A stretch of 63,236 nt of DNA, counting the filler, from Candidatus Rokuibacteriota bacterium (GTDB taxonomy: Bacteria; JAUVQV01; DATDCY01): the NCBI GenBank assembly GCA_031406795.1. It is 8 parts of 8 records of this genome, joined end to end, with 100 filler letters (N's around TTAATTAATTAA, not from the genome) between each part and the next. Parts side by side here need not be neighbours in the genome. Positions count along the whole stretch, not along the records: positions 21,888 to 50,712 come from JANOHV010000081.1; 7 more parts are not named here. One strand, written 5' to 3'. Under the pieces are notes generated by a model that had not been told where the DNA came from, searched no databases, and saw nothing but the letters and a program-made list of their open reading frames with translations. The translations under genes and the position numbers were made by a program. Shown here in pieces: positions 34,983-43,547 of this stretch. Positions within the stretch are counted from its first letter, which is position 1; every line of letters starts with the position of its first letter.

Positions 34983-36122
34983 CTAGAAGCCGAGCACCCT
35001 GCGCAAGAGCGGCTTCTTCAACTCGATAGCCTTCTCCGGGCAGAGTTCCTGACAGCAGTAGCAACGGATGCAGATGCCATAATCGTGGACCGGCGGCTGC
35101 GTCCTGTCGCCATGTCGCCAATCGAGCGCCTTCGGTTTCGCCGGGCACACCGTGATGCACAGCCCGCATCTGATGCATCGGTCCTCGACGATGACCGGCT
35201 TGGCGACCAGTCGGTTGCTGGCGAACCTGAGCAGACCCTTCTCCTGGTAGGGCTTGATCGCCGTGCGGTCGATGACGAAATCAGGGCACCTGAACGAGTC
35301 GAAATCGTCGCCGAGCAGCGCGATGCTTTTCTCCCCGGCAGTGCCGCGGCCGGCCGCCTGGCCGTACGCGATGGTCGGCACGAGCATCGGGTCGAGATCG
35401 ATCAGGCGGCAGACGGTCGCATCGACCGCAACCGGATCGGACGAAAACAGGAGGACGTTCATCTTTCTCGGCGTGCCGCCGCGCGGACCGTTGCCTTCCA
35501 TCGCGGTGATCCCATCCATGACGTAGAGCCGGGGATGGACGCAGCGGTCCAAATCAACCAGCATCCGCGCAAAGGCATAGGCGTCGGGGAGCCTGACGTG
35601 AAACTCGCCCTTGAGCAGGCCCGGGATGCAGCCAAACTGGTTCTTCACGCACCCGGTGAGCTTCTGCATGCCGTGGGCCTTCAGCTTCGGCAGGCTGACG
35701 ATGCCGTCGCTCGCTAGCACGGCCTGCGCGATCGTGAATTTCTTGTTCTGCAGCCCCTCCGCGAAATGAACCTCCCGGCCGGGTTGAAACTCCTTCAGCT
35801 CGATGCCGGCTTCCTTCGCCGCGGCATCCATCCCGATTTTCCTGCTCGCCGCGCGCGCGGTGCCGATGGCCGGCGAATCGCCGTACGAGAGCCGCGCGCC
35901 GGTGGTCTTGAAGACCTCCGCGACGGCCCGCAGGACCGACGGATGCGTGTTGACGCACTTCTCCGGCGCGTCGCCGACGAGGAGATTGGCTTTGAGCAGG
36001 ATCTTCTCGCCCGCCTTGGCGTACGTGCCCGCGCCGCCGACAAGATCGACCCCGCGCTGCACGGCCGCCTTGACCGCGTCGTAATCATAGGACTCGCAGC
36101 GGATCAGCGCGACGTCACTCAT
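34983..36122 (-). CDS. DUF362 domain / 4Fe-4S ferredoxin protein
   Basis: ILLKANLL, GDSP, PKLKAH, KNQFG, AMEGNGP; CIRCGLCITVCP and CIRCYCCQELCP. Confidence 0.92.
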   Translation of the reverse strand: MSDVALIRCESYDYDAVKAAVQRGVDLVGGAGTYAKAGEKILLKANLLVGDAPEKCVNTHPSVLRAVAEVFKTTGARLSYGDSPAIGTARAASRKIGMDAAAKEAGIELKEFQPGREVHFAEGLQNKKFTIAQAVLASDGIVSLPKLKAHGMQKLTGCVKNQFGCIPGLLKGEFHVRLPDAYAFARMLVDLDRCVHPRLYVMDGITAMEGNGPRGGTPRKMNVLLFSSDPVAVDATVCRLIDLDPMLVPTIAYGQAAGRGTAGEKSIALLGDDFDSFRCPDFVIDRTAIKPYQEKGLLRFASNRLVAKPVIVEDRCIRCGLCITVCPAKPKALDWRHGDRTQPPVHDYGICIRCYCCQELCPEKAIELKKPLLRRVLGF

Positions 36123-36210
36123 GGCCGGACCGGCCGCTGGTTCGACCAGGGTTTCCGGGGGCGAGGACCGAGCACAACCGCGTGCTTCCCCGCCCCCTGC
36201 CCTGCTGGAA

Positions 36211-36585
36211 TCAATACCCGTCCTCGTTGGGATCGTACTCGATCTCGACAACCGCCCCGTCGCCCGTGAAGACAATGCGGCCGAGCCCCTTATACGAGGC
36301 GGCCGTGCGCATGGTGTCCGGGCCGTAGTAGAAGGGGATGAATCCCTTGCCCGACGGGAAGACCCTGGTCGAAGTCGGCTCCCCGATCAGGTCGTCCACC
36401 TGGGCGCGCGGCATGCCCATCGCGATCTTCGCGAGCGGGCTGCCCGGGGGCGCCTTCTGAACGGCCTTCTCGCTCTTGGCGGGAGCCTCTTTCGCGGCGC
36501 CCCCCTCGGCGGACGACGTGGACTTGCAGCCGGCCGCACCCGCGATCAGCATCAACGACGCGCACAGGACCGCCCGGTATTTCAT
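36211..36585 (-). CDS. Putative lipoprotein (OsmE/BamE-like small domain)
   Basis: Signal peptide with AAGC lipobox; GMPRAQVDDLIGEP. Confidence 0.75.
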   Translation of the reverse strand: MKYRAVLCASLMLIAGAAGCKSTSSAEGGAAKEAPAKSEKAVQKAPPGSPLAKIAMGMPRAQVDDLIGEPTSTRVFPSGKGFIPFYYGPDTMRTAASYKGLGRIVFTGDGAVVEIEYDPNEDGY

Positions 36586-36682
36586 CGCCGTTCCCTCCTG
36601 AGATTTCCCGCAATCAACCCCGTCGCTGCGATCTTGTCATTGGTACACCCTCAAGTATGCCCCGTCAAGAGAACGAGAGCAC

Positions 36683-36889
36683 CCCAAATCCGCGCGTAAC
36701 GCGCGGATCAGGAAAGTCAGGCTTGTCACCTGGTCCGGTTTATCCAAGTCGTTGCTCATATCTGATCGCAATGCATGCTTCAAACGATGCTTGACCTCTG
36801 CCGCGCCGTGCTTCCTGCAATAAGTCCGGCTTTTTTGCGGTTGAAATGCTTCCTCTGCTGCTGGATCCGCGCGTACGCGCGGATCGGGG
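36683..36889 (+). mobile_element. MITE family 3, copy B (207 bp) with (G)AGCAC flanking direct repeat
   Basis: Near-identical reverse complement of 32173-32380; AGCAC at 36678-36682 and 36890-36894. Confidence 0.85.
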
Positions 36890-36897
36890 AGCACCGG

Positions 36898-38616
36898 TCA
36901 GCCGAGGGGCAGTTCGACGATGAAGGTGCACCCTTTTCCCAGGCCCCCGGACTCCATCCGGATCCGCCCCCCGAGGTCCTCGGTGATCCGCTGGCAGATG
37001 CTCAGGCCGACGCCGCTGCCCTCGGTGGAGGCAGTGCCCTGGTAGAAGCGGGTGAAGATTTTGCCCTGCTCCTCAGGCGCCACGCCGATCCCGTCGTCCT
37101 CGACGTGCACGCTCACCCACTTTCCTTCGATGGTGGCGCGCACCGCGATGTGCGGCTGTCCCTCCCGGCGACGGAATTTGATCGCGTTGTTCACCAGGTT
37201 CGAGAAGACGTGCCAGAGCATTTCGTCGTCCCCGACGAGCGTCAGCTCTGGCATTTCGAGCGAGAAGGCGATCCCGTAGCTGTCGAAGGCGTACTGGTAG
37301 TCCTCCTGCACGCGCCGCAGCACCGTCGCGAGGTTCAGCGGCTCCCGGCGGTAGACGCGGCCTCCCGCCTCCAGGCGCGTCAGGTTGAGCAGGTTGCGCA
37401 CGACGCTCTGCTGGCGGCGGATGCTCTCCTCCATGACGGTGAAGGCTTTCTGCTCCTGCGGCGTGAGCCGGTGGACCGAGAGCAGCGGGCGGAGGATCTC
37501 GAGTTGCATCGCGTGCTTGGCCACAGGCGTCTTGAGTTCGTGCGCGACGTCGCGCAGCAGCGCGTCCTTCATCCGGTCGACCACGCGCAGTTCCTCGTTT
37601 TGTCGCTCCACGTCGCGCCGACGCTGCGCGCCCCACAGGCCCCAGCCGGCGGCGGCGAGCAGGCCGAAGACGAGCGTCGCGCCGATGAGACTGTTGCGGG
37701 CGTTGGTGACGATCTGTCCCTGGACCGTCGCGTAGGGGATCGAGGTGCTGACGATCCAGCTTTCATTCAGTATGCCGATGGCGCCGCTCATGCGGTTGAG
37801 CGTCGCGCCCCGCGGCGTGCGGTAGAGGGCGTGGATCTGCTCCCCGCCCGCTGCCGCCCGCTTGAGATCGTCGAAACTCCCCGCCGCGTGGCAGGAGTTG
37901 CACTGCTTGTCCGGGGTGAAGACGTTCCCGTGCTGCATCGCGCTCAGCAGTTCGTGCTCGATGTTCGCGATGAGGTAGATGTCCCCCTCGTAGTCGGCGA
38001 TGATCAGCCCGATGTCCTTGCCGATCACCGGTTCGAGCGCCGTGAGCATGTAGTGCCGGAGGTTCAATTCCCCCGCCATGTGGTACAGGACGCCGTCCTC
38101 GCCCGGCAGGCGGAAGGGGACGAAGACGAATGCCGTCGGCTCTCCGTCCGTCGTGAAGACGCGCTCGGAGAGGAAGGGCGTCATGGCGGTCTCGGGGTCG
38201 ACCCTGTCCACGCGGGCGATCGTGAGGGGGTCCCAGGGCGTCGTCGGCCGGGAGCTGAACAGCACCCGTCCGTCGTCGGCGACCACGCTGACGGAGATGA
38301 ACTGGTCGATGCGCCGCGAGGCGATCGCAGCCGGTGATGACCTGAAGTCGGGCCGCCCCGTCTCGGCGCTCCTGCGGATCTCGTCCCGCGCGTAGGTCAG
38401 CAGTAGCATGGCCTCGTTGATGTGCTGCTGAACCAGACGCTCGATCAGGCGGACGCCGAGGCCCTGCTGCTGGTTGAAAGCCTCGGTGATCGAGTCGCTG
38501 AACTGGCGGTGGGAGCGCCAGGAGAAGCCGGCGGCCGCCAGCGAAAGTACAGCCCAGGCCAGCACCCAGACCCGCCAGTGGTGCGTGGGGCGCTCGCTCT
38601 GCCCAGGCTTGCTCAC
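36898..38616 (-). CDS. Sensor histidine kinase with a periplasmic CxxCH motif
   Basis: Two TM segments; CNSCH between them; H-box AHELKTP; NLVNNAIKF, DDGIG, GSGVGL. Confidence 0.92.
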   Translation of the reverse strand: MSKPGQSERPTHHWRVWVLAWAVLSLAAAGFSWRSHRQFSDSITEAFNQQQGLGVRLIERLVQQHINEAMLLLTYARDEIRRSAETGRPDFRSSPAAIASRRIDQFISVSVVADDGRVLFSSRPTTPWDPLTIARVDRVDPETAMTPFLSERVFTTDGEPTAFVFVPFRLPGEDGVLYHMAGELNLRHYMLTALEPVIGKDIGLIIADYEGDIYLIANIEHELLSAMQHGNVFTPDKQCNSCHAAGSFDDLKRAAAGGEQIHALYRTPRGATLNRMSGAIGILNESWIVSTSIPYATVQGQIVTNARNSLIGATLVFGLLAAAGWGLWGAQRRRDVERQNEELRVVDRMKDALLRDVAHELKTPVAKHAMQLEILRPLLSVHRLTPQEQKAFTVMEESIRRQQSVVRNLLNLTRLEAGGRVYRREPLNLATVLRRVQEDYQYAFDSYGIAFSLEMPELTLVGDDEMLWHVFSNLVNNAIKFRRREGQPHIAVRATIEGKWVSVHVEDDGIGVAPEEQGKIFTRFYQGTASTEGSGVGLSICQRITEDLGGRIRMESGGLGKGCTFIVELPLG

Positions 38617-38629
38617 GGCGAGGGTCGCG

Positions 38630-38848
38630 TCACGACGGCGGGTCTCGCTTTGCCTTCTGGTCCCCGATCGGCGTGTTGCACTTGGGGCAACGCCCGGCGT
38701 AGCGGCTCGTCTGACCGGTCCAGCCGCAATTCGCGCAACTCGCCGCCTGGATCCACGGCTTCGCTTTCTTCCGCCGGGTCAACTTCCAGAGCAACGCAAG
38801 CGCGACCGCGCCGATCAGGACTGCGGCAAGCATGGTTGCAGCGCTCAT
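38630..38848 (-). CDS. Small membrane protein with a zinc ribbon
   Basis: N-terminal TM; CANC...CPKC. Confidence 0.7.
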   Translation of the reverse strand: MSAATMLAAVLIGAVALALLWKLTRRKKAKPWIQAASCANCGWTGQTSRYAGRCPKCNTPIGDQKAKRDPPS

Positions 38849-38960
38849 GCCGGCAGTCTAGCCGCAGCGATGTCCCCGTGTCGACCACGGGAATCAATTC
38901 TGTCATGCGCCAGGGGATCTTCTCGGTGAGCCAGGCGATTCCCCCCCTGTCAAAAAGCCC

Positions 38961-38992
38961 TTGACACCGTACCATGGTACGGAGGGTATGGT
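38961..38992 (+). promoter_or_regulatory. MerR-family promoter/operator
   Basis: TTGACA-20 nt-TATGGT with perfect dyad CCGTACCATGGTACGG inside the long spacer. Confidence 0.9.
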
Positions 38993-39010
38993 GAAGTTGG
39001 AGGCACAGGC

Positions 39011-39475
39011 ATGAACGGTATGACGATCGGTGATCTGGCGAAAAGAAGCGGGATCGGCGTCGAGAGCATCCGCTTCTACGAGCGCCGCGGCCTTATCCTG
39101 CAGCCCGAGCGGCCCGATTCGGGCTTCAGGCGATACACGGAGGAAGTCCTTGCGCGGCTGCAGTTCATCCGCGGCGCCAAGGACCTCGGCTTTTCGCTCA
39201 AGGAGATCGCGGAACTTCTGGCACTGCGCCGCCACCCGGGCGATTCCTGTCACGCGGTCAGGGAGCAGGCGGAGACCAAGATCGGGGAGATCGATGTGAA
39301 GATCCGTGCTCTGCGGCACATGCGGGGCGTGCTTATGAATCTGGTGGATTCCTGCTCGGGCCGCGGCCTCATCAGCGATTGTCCGATCCTCGATTCATTT
39401 GAAAAGCGGGCGGGTGTGAAGGATGCGACCGCCCATAATCGCAAGTCAACAAAGACAAAAGGGAGGATCGCGTAA
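39011..39475 (+). CDS. MerR-family heavy-metal-responsive regulator
   Basis: MTIGDLAK..GI.VESIRFYERRGL; GFSLKEI; three Cys (DSC, CSG...CPIL). Confidence 0.95.
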   Translation: MNGMTIGDLAKRSGIGVESIRFYERRGLILQPERPDSGFRRYTEEVLARLQFIRGAKDLGFSLKEIAELLALRRHPGDSCHAVREQAETKIGEIDVKIRALRHMRGVLMNLVDSCSGRGLISDCPILDSFEKRAGVKDATAHNRKSTKTKGRIA

Positions 39476-39735
39476 TGCCTTGGGCAATGGAAATGTGCGG
39501 ATGGGGGCCCGGAGGGGGTCCGGGATGGCACGGTGGCATCTTCATGTTGTTGTTCTGGGGGACCGTCATCGTGATCGCAGTCAGTCTCCTGCGCAGGTCG
39601 CATGGCAGCCCGCGGGCGACATGGAACGGCCCCGGTGCGGCGGAATCCCCGCTGGAGATTCTGCGGCGCCGCTATGCCGCGGGAGAGATCGACAAAGCCG
39701 CATTCGATGAGCGCCGTCGAGACCTCGGTGTCTGA
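39475..39735 (+). CDS. SHOCT-domain membrane protein
   Basis: TM helix; PLEILRRRYAAGEIDKAAFDERRRDL; TAATG overlap with the regulator. Confidence 0.85.
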   Translation: MPWAMEMCGWGPGGGPGWHGGIFMLLFWGTVIVIAVSLLRRSHGSPRATWNGPGAAESPLEILRRRYAAGEIDKAAFDERRRDLGV

Positions 39736-39777
39736 CGCAGCAGCGACGCGCGGGGAGAAGGAGTCTGGAAGGGTTTT

Positions 39778-40470
39778 TCATGGGCTGGTCCAGCCCGCCA
39801 GCCGCATCAGGTCTCGAAGCGGTTTTTCGAGATGACCGGCCAACACCGCGTAGCCGGCGGCGTTCGGGTGGATCGAGTCGCTCTTCATCTCGGGCTTTCC
39901 GGCGATGCCCGCGAGCAGGTCCGGCACGAGCAGACAGCCTTCGCGCTTCGCGACACGGGCGTACATCCCCGCCCAGTCCCCGGTGAGACTGGGGAAGGAG
40001 AAGCCGCCGAGCACCACCATGGCCCCGGACTGATGGATCGCCCGGACGATGGCGCCGAGGTTCTCGGCTGCGGTCTCGACCGGGACACCCCGAAGAAAAT
40101 CGTTCCCGCCAAGGCAGACCACCACGATCCCGGGCCGGTGAACGAGCACGTCGGCCGCAACGCGGGCCAACGCGGCCGCTGTCGTGTCGCCGCTGACCCC
40201 GGCGTTCACCACGGGAAGGCCCAGAGCGGCCGCGAGACGTGAGGCGATGTCTTCGCCTGGCTTGGCGCCGAAGCCAGCAGTGAGCGAGTCGCCGAAGCAC
40301 ACCACGGACCTCCCCGGCGTGCCGATGTTGCGGACCTCCTGCTGCCGGGGGGGAAGCAGGGTCCAGACCGCCAGAATCAAAAAGCCGACGAGGAGTACAT
40401 CGCGCAACCGGAATCCATGGAAGCGCGGGCCGCTGCCCCTTCGTGCGGACGGAGTCGGAAGCGAGGTCAT
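39778..40470 (-). CDS. SGNH/GDSL arylesterase (TesA-like)
   Basis: FGDSLTAG, NAGVSGDTT, LGGND, DSIHPNAAGY. Confidence 0.93.
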   Translation of the reverse strand: MTSLPTPSARRGSGPRFHGFRLRDVLLVGFLILAVWTLLPPRQQEVRNIGTPGRSVVCFGDSLTAGFGAKPGEDIASRLAAALGLPVVNAGVSGDTTAAALARVAADVLVHRPGIVVVCLGGNDFLRGVPVETAAENLGAIVRAIHQSGAMVVLGGFSFPSLTGDWAGMYARVAKREGCLLVPDLLAGIAGKPEMKSDSIHPNAAGYAVLAGHLEKPLRDLMRLAGWTSP

Positions 40471-40640
40471 GGCTGCATCTTACCTCAGCCGGATGATCTG
40501 CTCTGCACACTCTTCCCGACGATACGAAAGCGGGCCGTCGAAGTCATTCAAGAGACTTCCGTCGGACACTTGCTGGGCACCTGGTCCGAAGAGATCGCCG
40601 CTCGGCAGGATGCGCCGTTCGCGAAAGTCACAGTTTTCAT

Positions 40641-40727
40641 TGGTGCCGGGGACGGGGGTCGAACCCGTACGGGGTTGCCCCCGAGGGATTTTAAGTCCCT
40701 TGCGTCTGCCAGTTCCGCCACCCCGGC
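40641..40727 (-). tRNA. tRNA-Leu(TAA)
   Basis: GCCGGGG acceptor; anticodon loop CTTAAAA; long variable arm; GGTTCGA; CCA end. Confidence 0.96.
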
Positions 40728-40827
40728 TTCGTCGCGACGGCGTCAGGATACCGCAGCCGGCTCTTCTCGTCCCGGCGGGCTACTCCCCCGGCCGGGCCGG
40801 GGGAGCCAGGAGTGCCGCTCTCGAATC

Positions 40828-41478
40828 CTACTGCTCGAGCCAGAGCGTCAGCTTTGCTTCGCGGGTGTTGGCCTGGGCGACCATGCGCACGTAGTCCACG
40901 CGCCGGCCATCCCGGAAATCCAGCAGAATGTACAGGCCGCTACCGAGAGAACGTTCCGGAAATTCCACGACCTGCACTTCGCCGTTGCCGAAGACCACCT
41001 CGGCCCAGTCCATCTGGACCCGGCCCTCGCCGACCTCGAACCAGAGCTTCGTGCCGCGGGCTTTGCAGTCGAGGGTGAACTCCGTCCACTCGTCCTCGCG
41101 GTAGAGGGTTTCCGTGTCCTGCCAGACGAGGCCGTCGCGGGAGTAACCGCGATCGTCGCGGTACCGGCGGTCGTGCCGGGAGCTGACCACCACCCCGCCG
41201 AAAACGACCGGCGGCAGAAACAGCCTGGGCTCGACGCGGACCCGGACATTGACCCGCGGGGGGCGCACGATGACGGGTCGGGCCGCGCGCTTGAGCGGCC
41301 AATTGCGGTGCGTGACGACCGGCGCGCGAACTGCCGCGCCCGGACCACGCTGCCTGTCGACCCGGTCGCGGCCCGACTCGGCGCGACGCCCGAACTGCGC
41401 GGCGGCGAAATTCGGAGCCGCCAGGCTGAAACCAGTGCCGAGCAGCAGGGAAAGAACAACGAGACGCATCAACTTCAT
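40828..41478 (-). CDS. Hypothetical secreted protein inside the tRNA cluster
   Basis: GGAGG RBS; signal peptide; Arg-rich N-region; beta-rich C-domain (EVVFGNGE, LLDF.DGRRVD). Confidence 0.75.
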   Translation of the reverse strand: MKLMRLVVLSLLLGTGFSLAAPNFAAAQFGRRAESGRDRVDRQRGPGAAVRAPVVTHRNWPLKRAARPVIVRPPRVNVRVRVEPRLFLPPVVFGGVVVSSRHDRRYRDDRGYSRDGLVWQDTETLYREDEWTEFTLDCKARGTKLWFEVGEGRVQMDWAEVVFGNGEVQVVEFPERSLGSGLYILLDFRDGRRVDYVRMVAQANTREAKLTLWLEQ

Positions 41479-41605
41479 GGCGATTCCTCCTCGCGCGCCG
41501 GCAAGGCGCGCACCAAGCGCGCCTAAGGTCCCGGCACAGAAATCATGATACTCCAATACGGCAGCAACAACCATGTTCGGTGCGGAGCAGGGATGATCGG
41601 TATCG

Positions 41606-41680
<75 letters not shown>

Positions 41681-41771
41681 ATGGATCTTCAATTCACGCC
41701 GGCAGACTCTATCTGCACGGATGGTCCCTGTCAAGACGCACATGTCCCCCCGGGGGGGCACGGTACAACGG

Positions 41772-41846
<75 letters not shown>

Positions 41847-42056
41847 AAACCGACTTCCTCCCCGTGGTCGGGAGGCGGGCTAGAATATGCCATGCAATGA
41901 CTGGGGCGTCAAGCGGCACAGCGGCGGGCTGCACAGGTGGTGCAATACAGCAACCCATCGGACGGCGCAAGGAAACTCCTCCGGCTTCGATGCGGCGACC
42001 TGATGTTCTCGCGCACCGGGGCGAGCGATGCGACGCGAGAACTCACGAACGCGTCG

Positions 42057-42677
42057 TCAGCGGCCCCGATTATCCCAGCCTTCCTTCCTGCCTCTGTTGG
42101 AACCGGGCCGGTCTTCTTCCCTTTCCGTGCCGCGGTCCTGAACGCACGTCCGGTAGCCGTCCTGATACGCCTTTTCGAAGCTTTCCTTGTACCCGGCATT
42201 GAAGCCGTCGCGGTAGCCTTCCTCATAGCCGTCGTCGAACCCTTTCTGGTAGCCGCCGCGAGAAAGGTCCTCGTGCCGCCGCGAATACTTCTGCCTGACT
42301 TCGTCGTCGTACTCGTAGGGTCGCTCGGTGTCCAGATCAACCATGACGGGAGATCCCACGCGCACTTTGATCTGCGGGGGCAGGAACGCCTTGGCAGCCC
42401 ACCGATTGGCCTCCATGAAGAAGTAGAGTTGCCGCGCCGGGTCGAAATAGACCCGGGCATCCGGGTAGTACTCGTAGCGGCGTTGGGCCGGGGAAACCCG
42501 CTGGGTTGCGGACGGGGTGGCCTCGATCGTGATCCTCGGGACGGGCGGTTTCGGGATCACGATCCTGGGGATCGGGGGAAGCGGTATCCTGATCTCAAAG
42601 TCCGCGGCAGCCGCAGCGGACGCCAGAAGAACAGCCGTGGCACCCATGACCAGAACGGTCGAAAAGAAGCGTCTCAT
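42057..42677 (-). CDS. Hypothetical secreted protein with GY/GF helical repeats
   Basis: GGAG RBS; signal peptide; YEYYPDARVYFD; GYQKGFDDGYEEGYRDGFNAGY. Confidence 0.75.
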   Translation of the reverse strand: MRRFFSTVLVMGATAVLLASAAAAADFEIRIPLPPIPRIVIPKPPVPRITIEATPSATQRVSPAQRRYEYYPDARVYFDPARQLYFFMEANRWAAKAFLPPQIKVRVGSPVMVDLDTERPYEYDDEVRQKYSRRHEDLSRGGYQKGFDDGYEEGYRDGFNAGYKESFEKAYQDGYRTCVQDRGTEREEDRPGSNRGRKEGWDNRGR

Positions 42678-42737
42678 GCTCCCTCCTTGTTGAACCAACC
42701 GGGCTTCCCAACCGCAGGAAGCCCGGCCTCAGGCAAT

Positions 42738-42866
42738 CTAAAGCCGACCCGGTATCGGCGGGCGCGGCGGCCCCCCCCCACGCCTGCCAAACGGCGGCGG
42801 ACAACCGGCAAGCACGGCACTGAGCAGCAGGATCGTCGCGACGAACAGAACCATTGTCTTCTTCAT
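42738..42866 (-). CDS. 42-aa predicted lipoprotein (not in ORF track)
   Basis: AAGGAGGAG RBS; MKKTMVLFVATILLLSAVLAG-CPPPFGRRGGGPPRPPIPGRL. Confidence 0.7.
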   Translation of the reverse strand: MKKTMVLFVATILLLSAVLAGCPPPFGRRGGGPPRPPIPGRL

Positions 42867-43311
42867 GAGACTCCTCCTTCTCCCGGCATCCCGGGGGTGG
42901 CCTTGAAGAACGTTGTTCTCTCTTCAAAGCATTGCATCAAACGTGCCGTTGTCTGATTGCATGGCAGCGAAACCATCAAGTGCCTGCAATGCCTGGCTTT
43001 TTCAGTGTTCTGGCGGGAAGCACGTTTCAGGAGAACTGCGAACGCCGATGACGGCACTGAGACGGGTGCGCGCGACGACCGCCCTGCGAATGGTGCTTGC
43101 GGAGGCCAAAAGCCTTCTGATTCCGGTCAATCCATCATGAAGAAGCGGCATTGGCCGGTGGGGATTGTCGCAAAATTCAATTTCGACACGTCCGATACAA
43201 CATTACAGATTCCTCTGGTGAGGCCGGCGACGTTGCGACCGCGCCAAGATCCTCGAAGATCGACTGCAGCTCGCCAGCCAACTCCGGCGGGAAGTCGGAA
43301 ACTCATATGGA

Positions 43312-43332
43312 CTACCACTGAGTTACTCCCGC
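43312..43332 (-). repeat. 21-bp exact copy of the tRNA-Gly 5' end
   Basis: CTACCACTGAGTTACTCCCGC identical to 41826-41846. Confidence 0.9.
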
Positions 43333-43547
43333 CCTTGCCGAAAACAGCATGCGGATACCAGCGGGGGCAGCGACCGAAGTCAAGGACTTCCGCCGAGAAA
43401 TGTCGAAACAGCCCTTTACACCCCATTGCCCCTTCCCTACCATGGCTCGATCGACAAGGGTCAGAGGACGCTGGCCGGCCGCAGGGGCAGTCGGCGAGGA
43501 TCGCCGGCACCCCGGGAATCAGGCGCACCACGGAGCGAGGAGGGGCC

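Noticed and set aside
42957-43547. 197-aa N-terminal extension of the FAD oxidoreductase
   Set aside because: GAGGAGG RBS and a Tat signal mark the start at 43548; the upstream frame overlaps the tRNA-fragment repeat and is not protein-like
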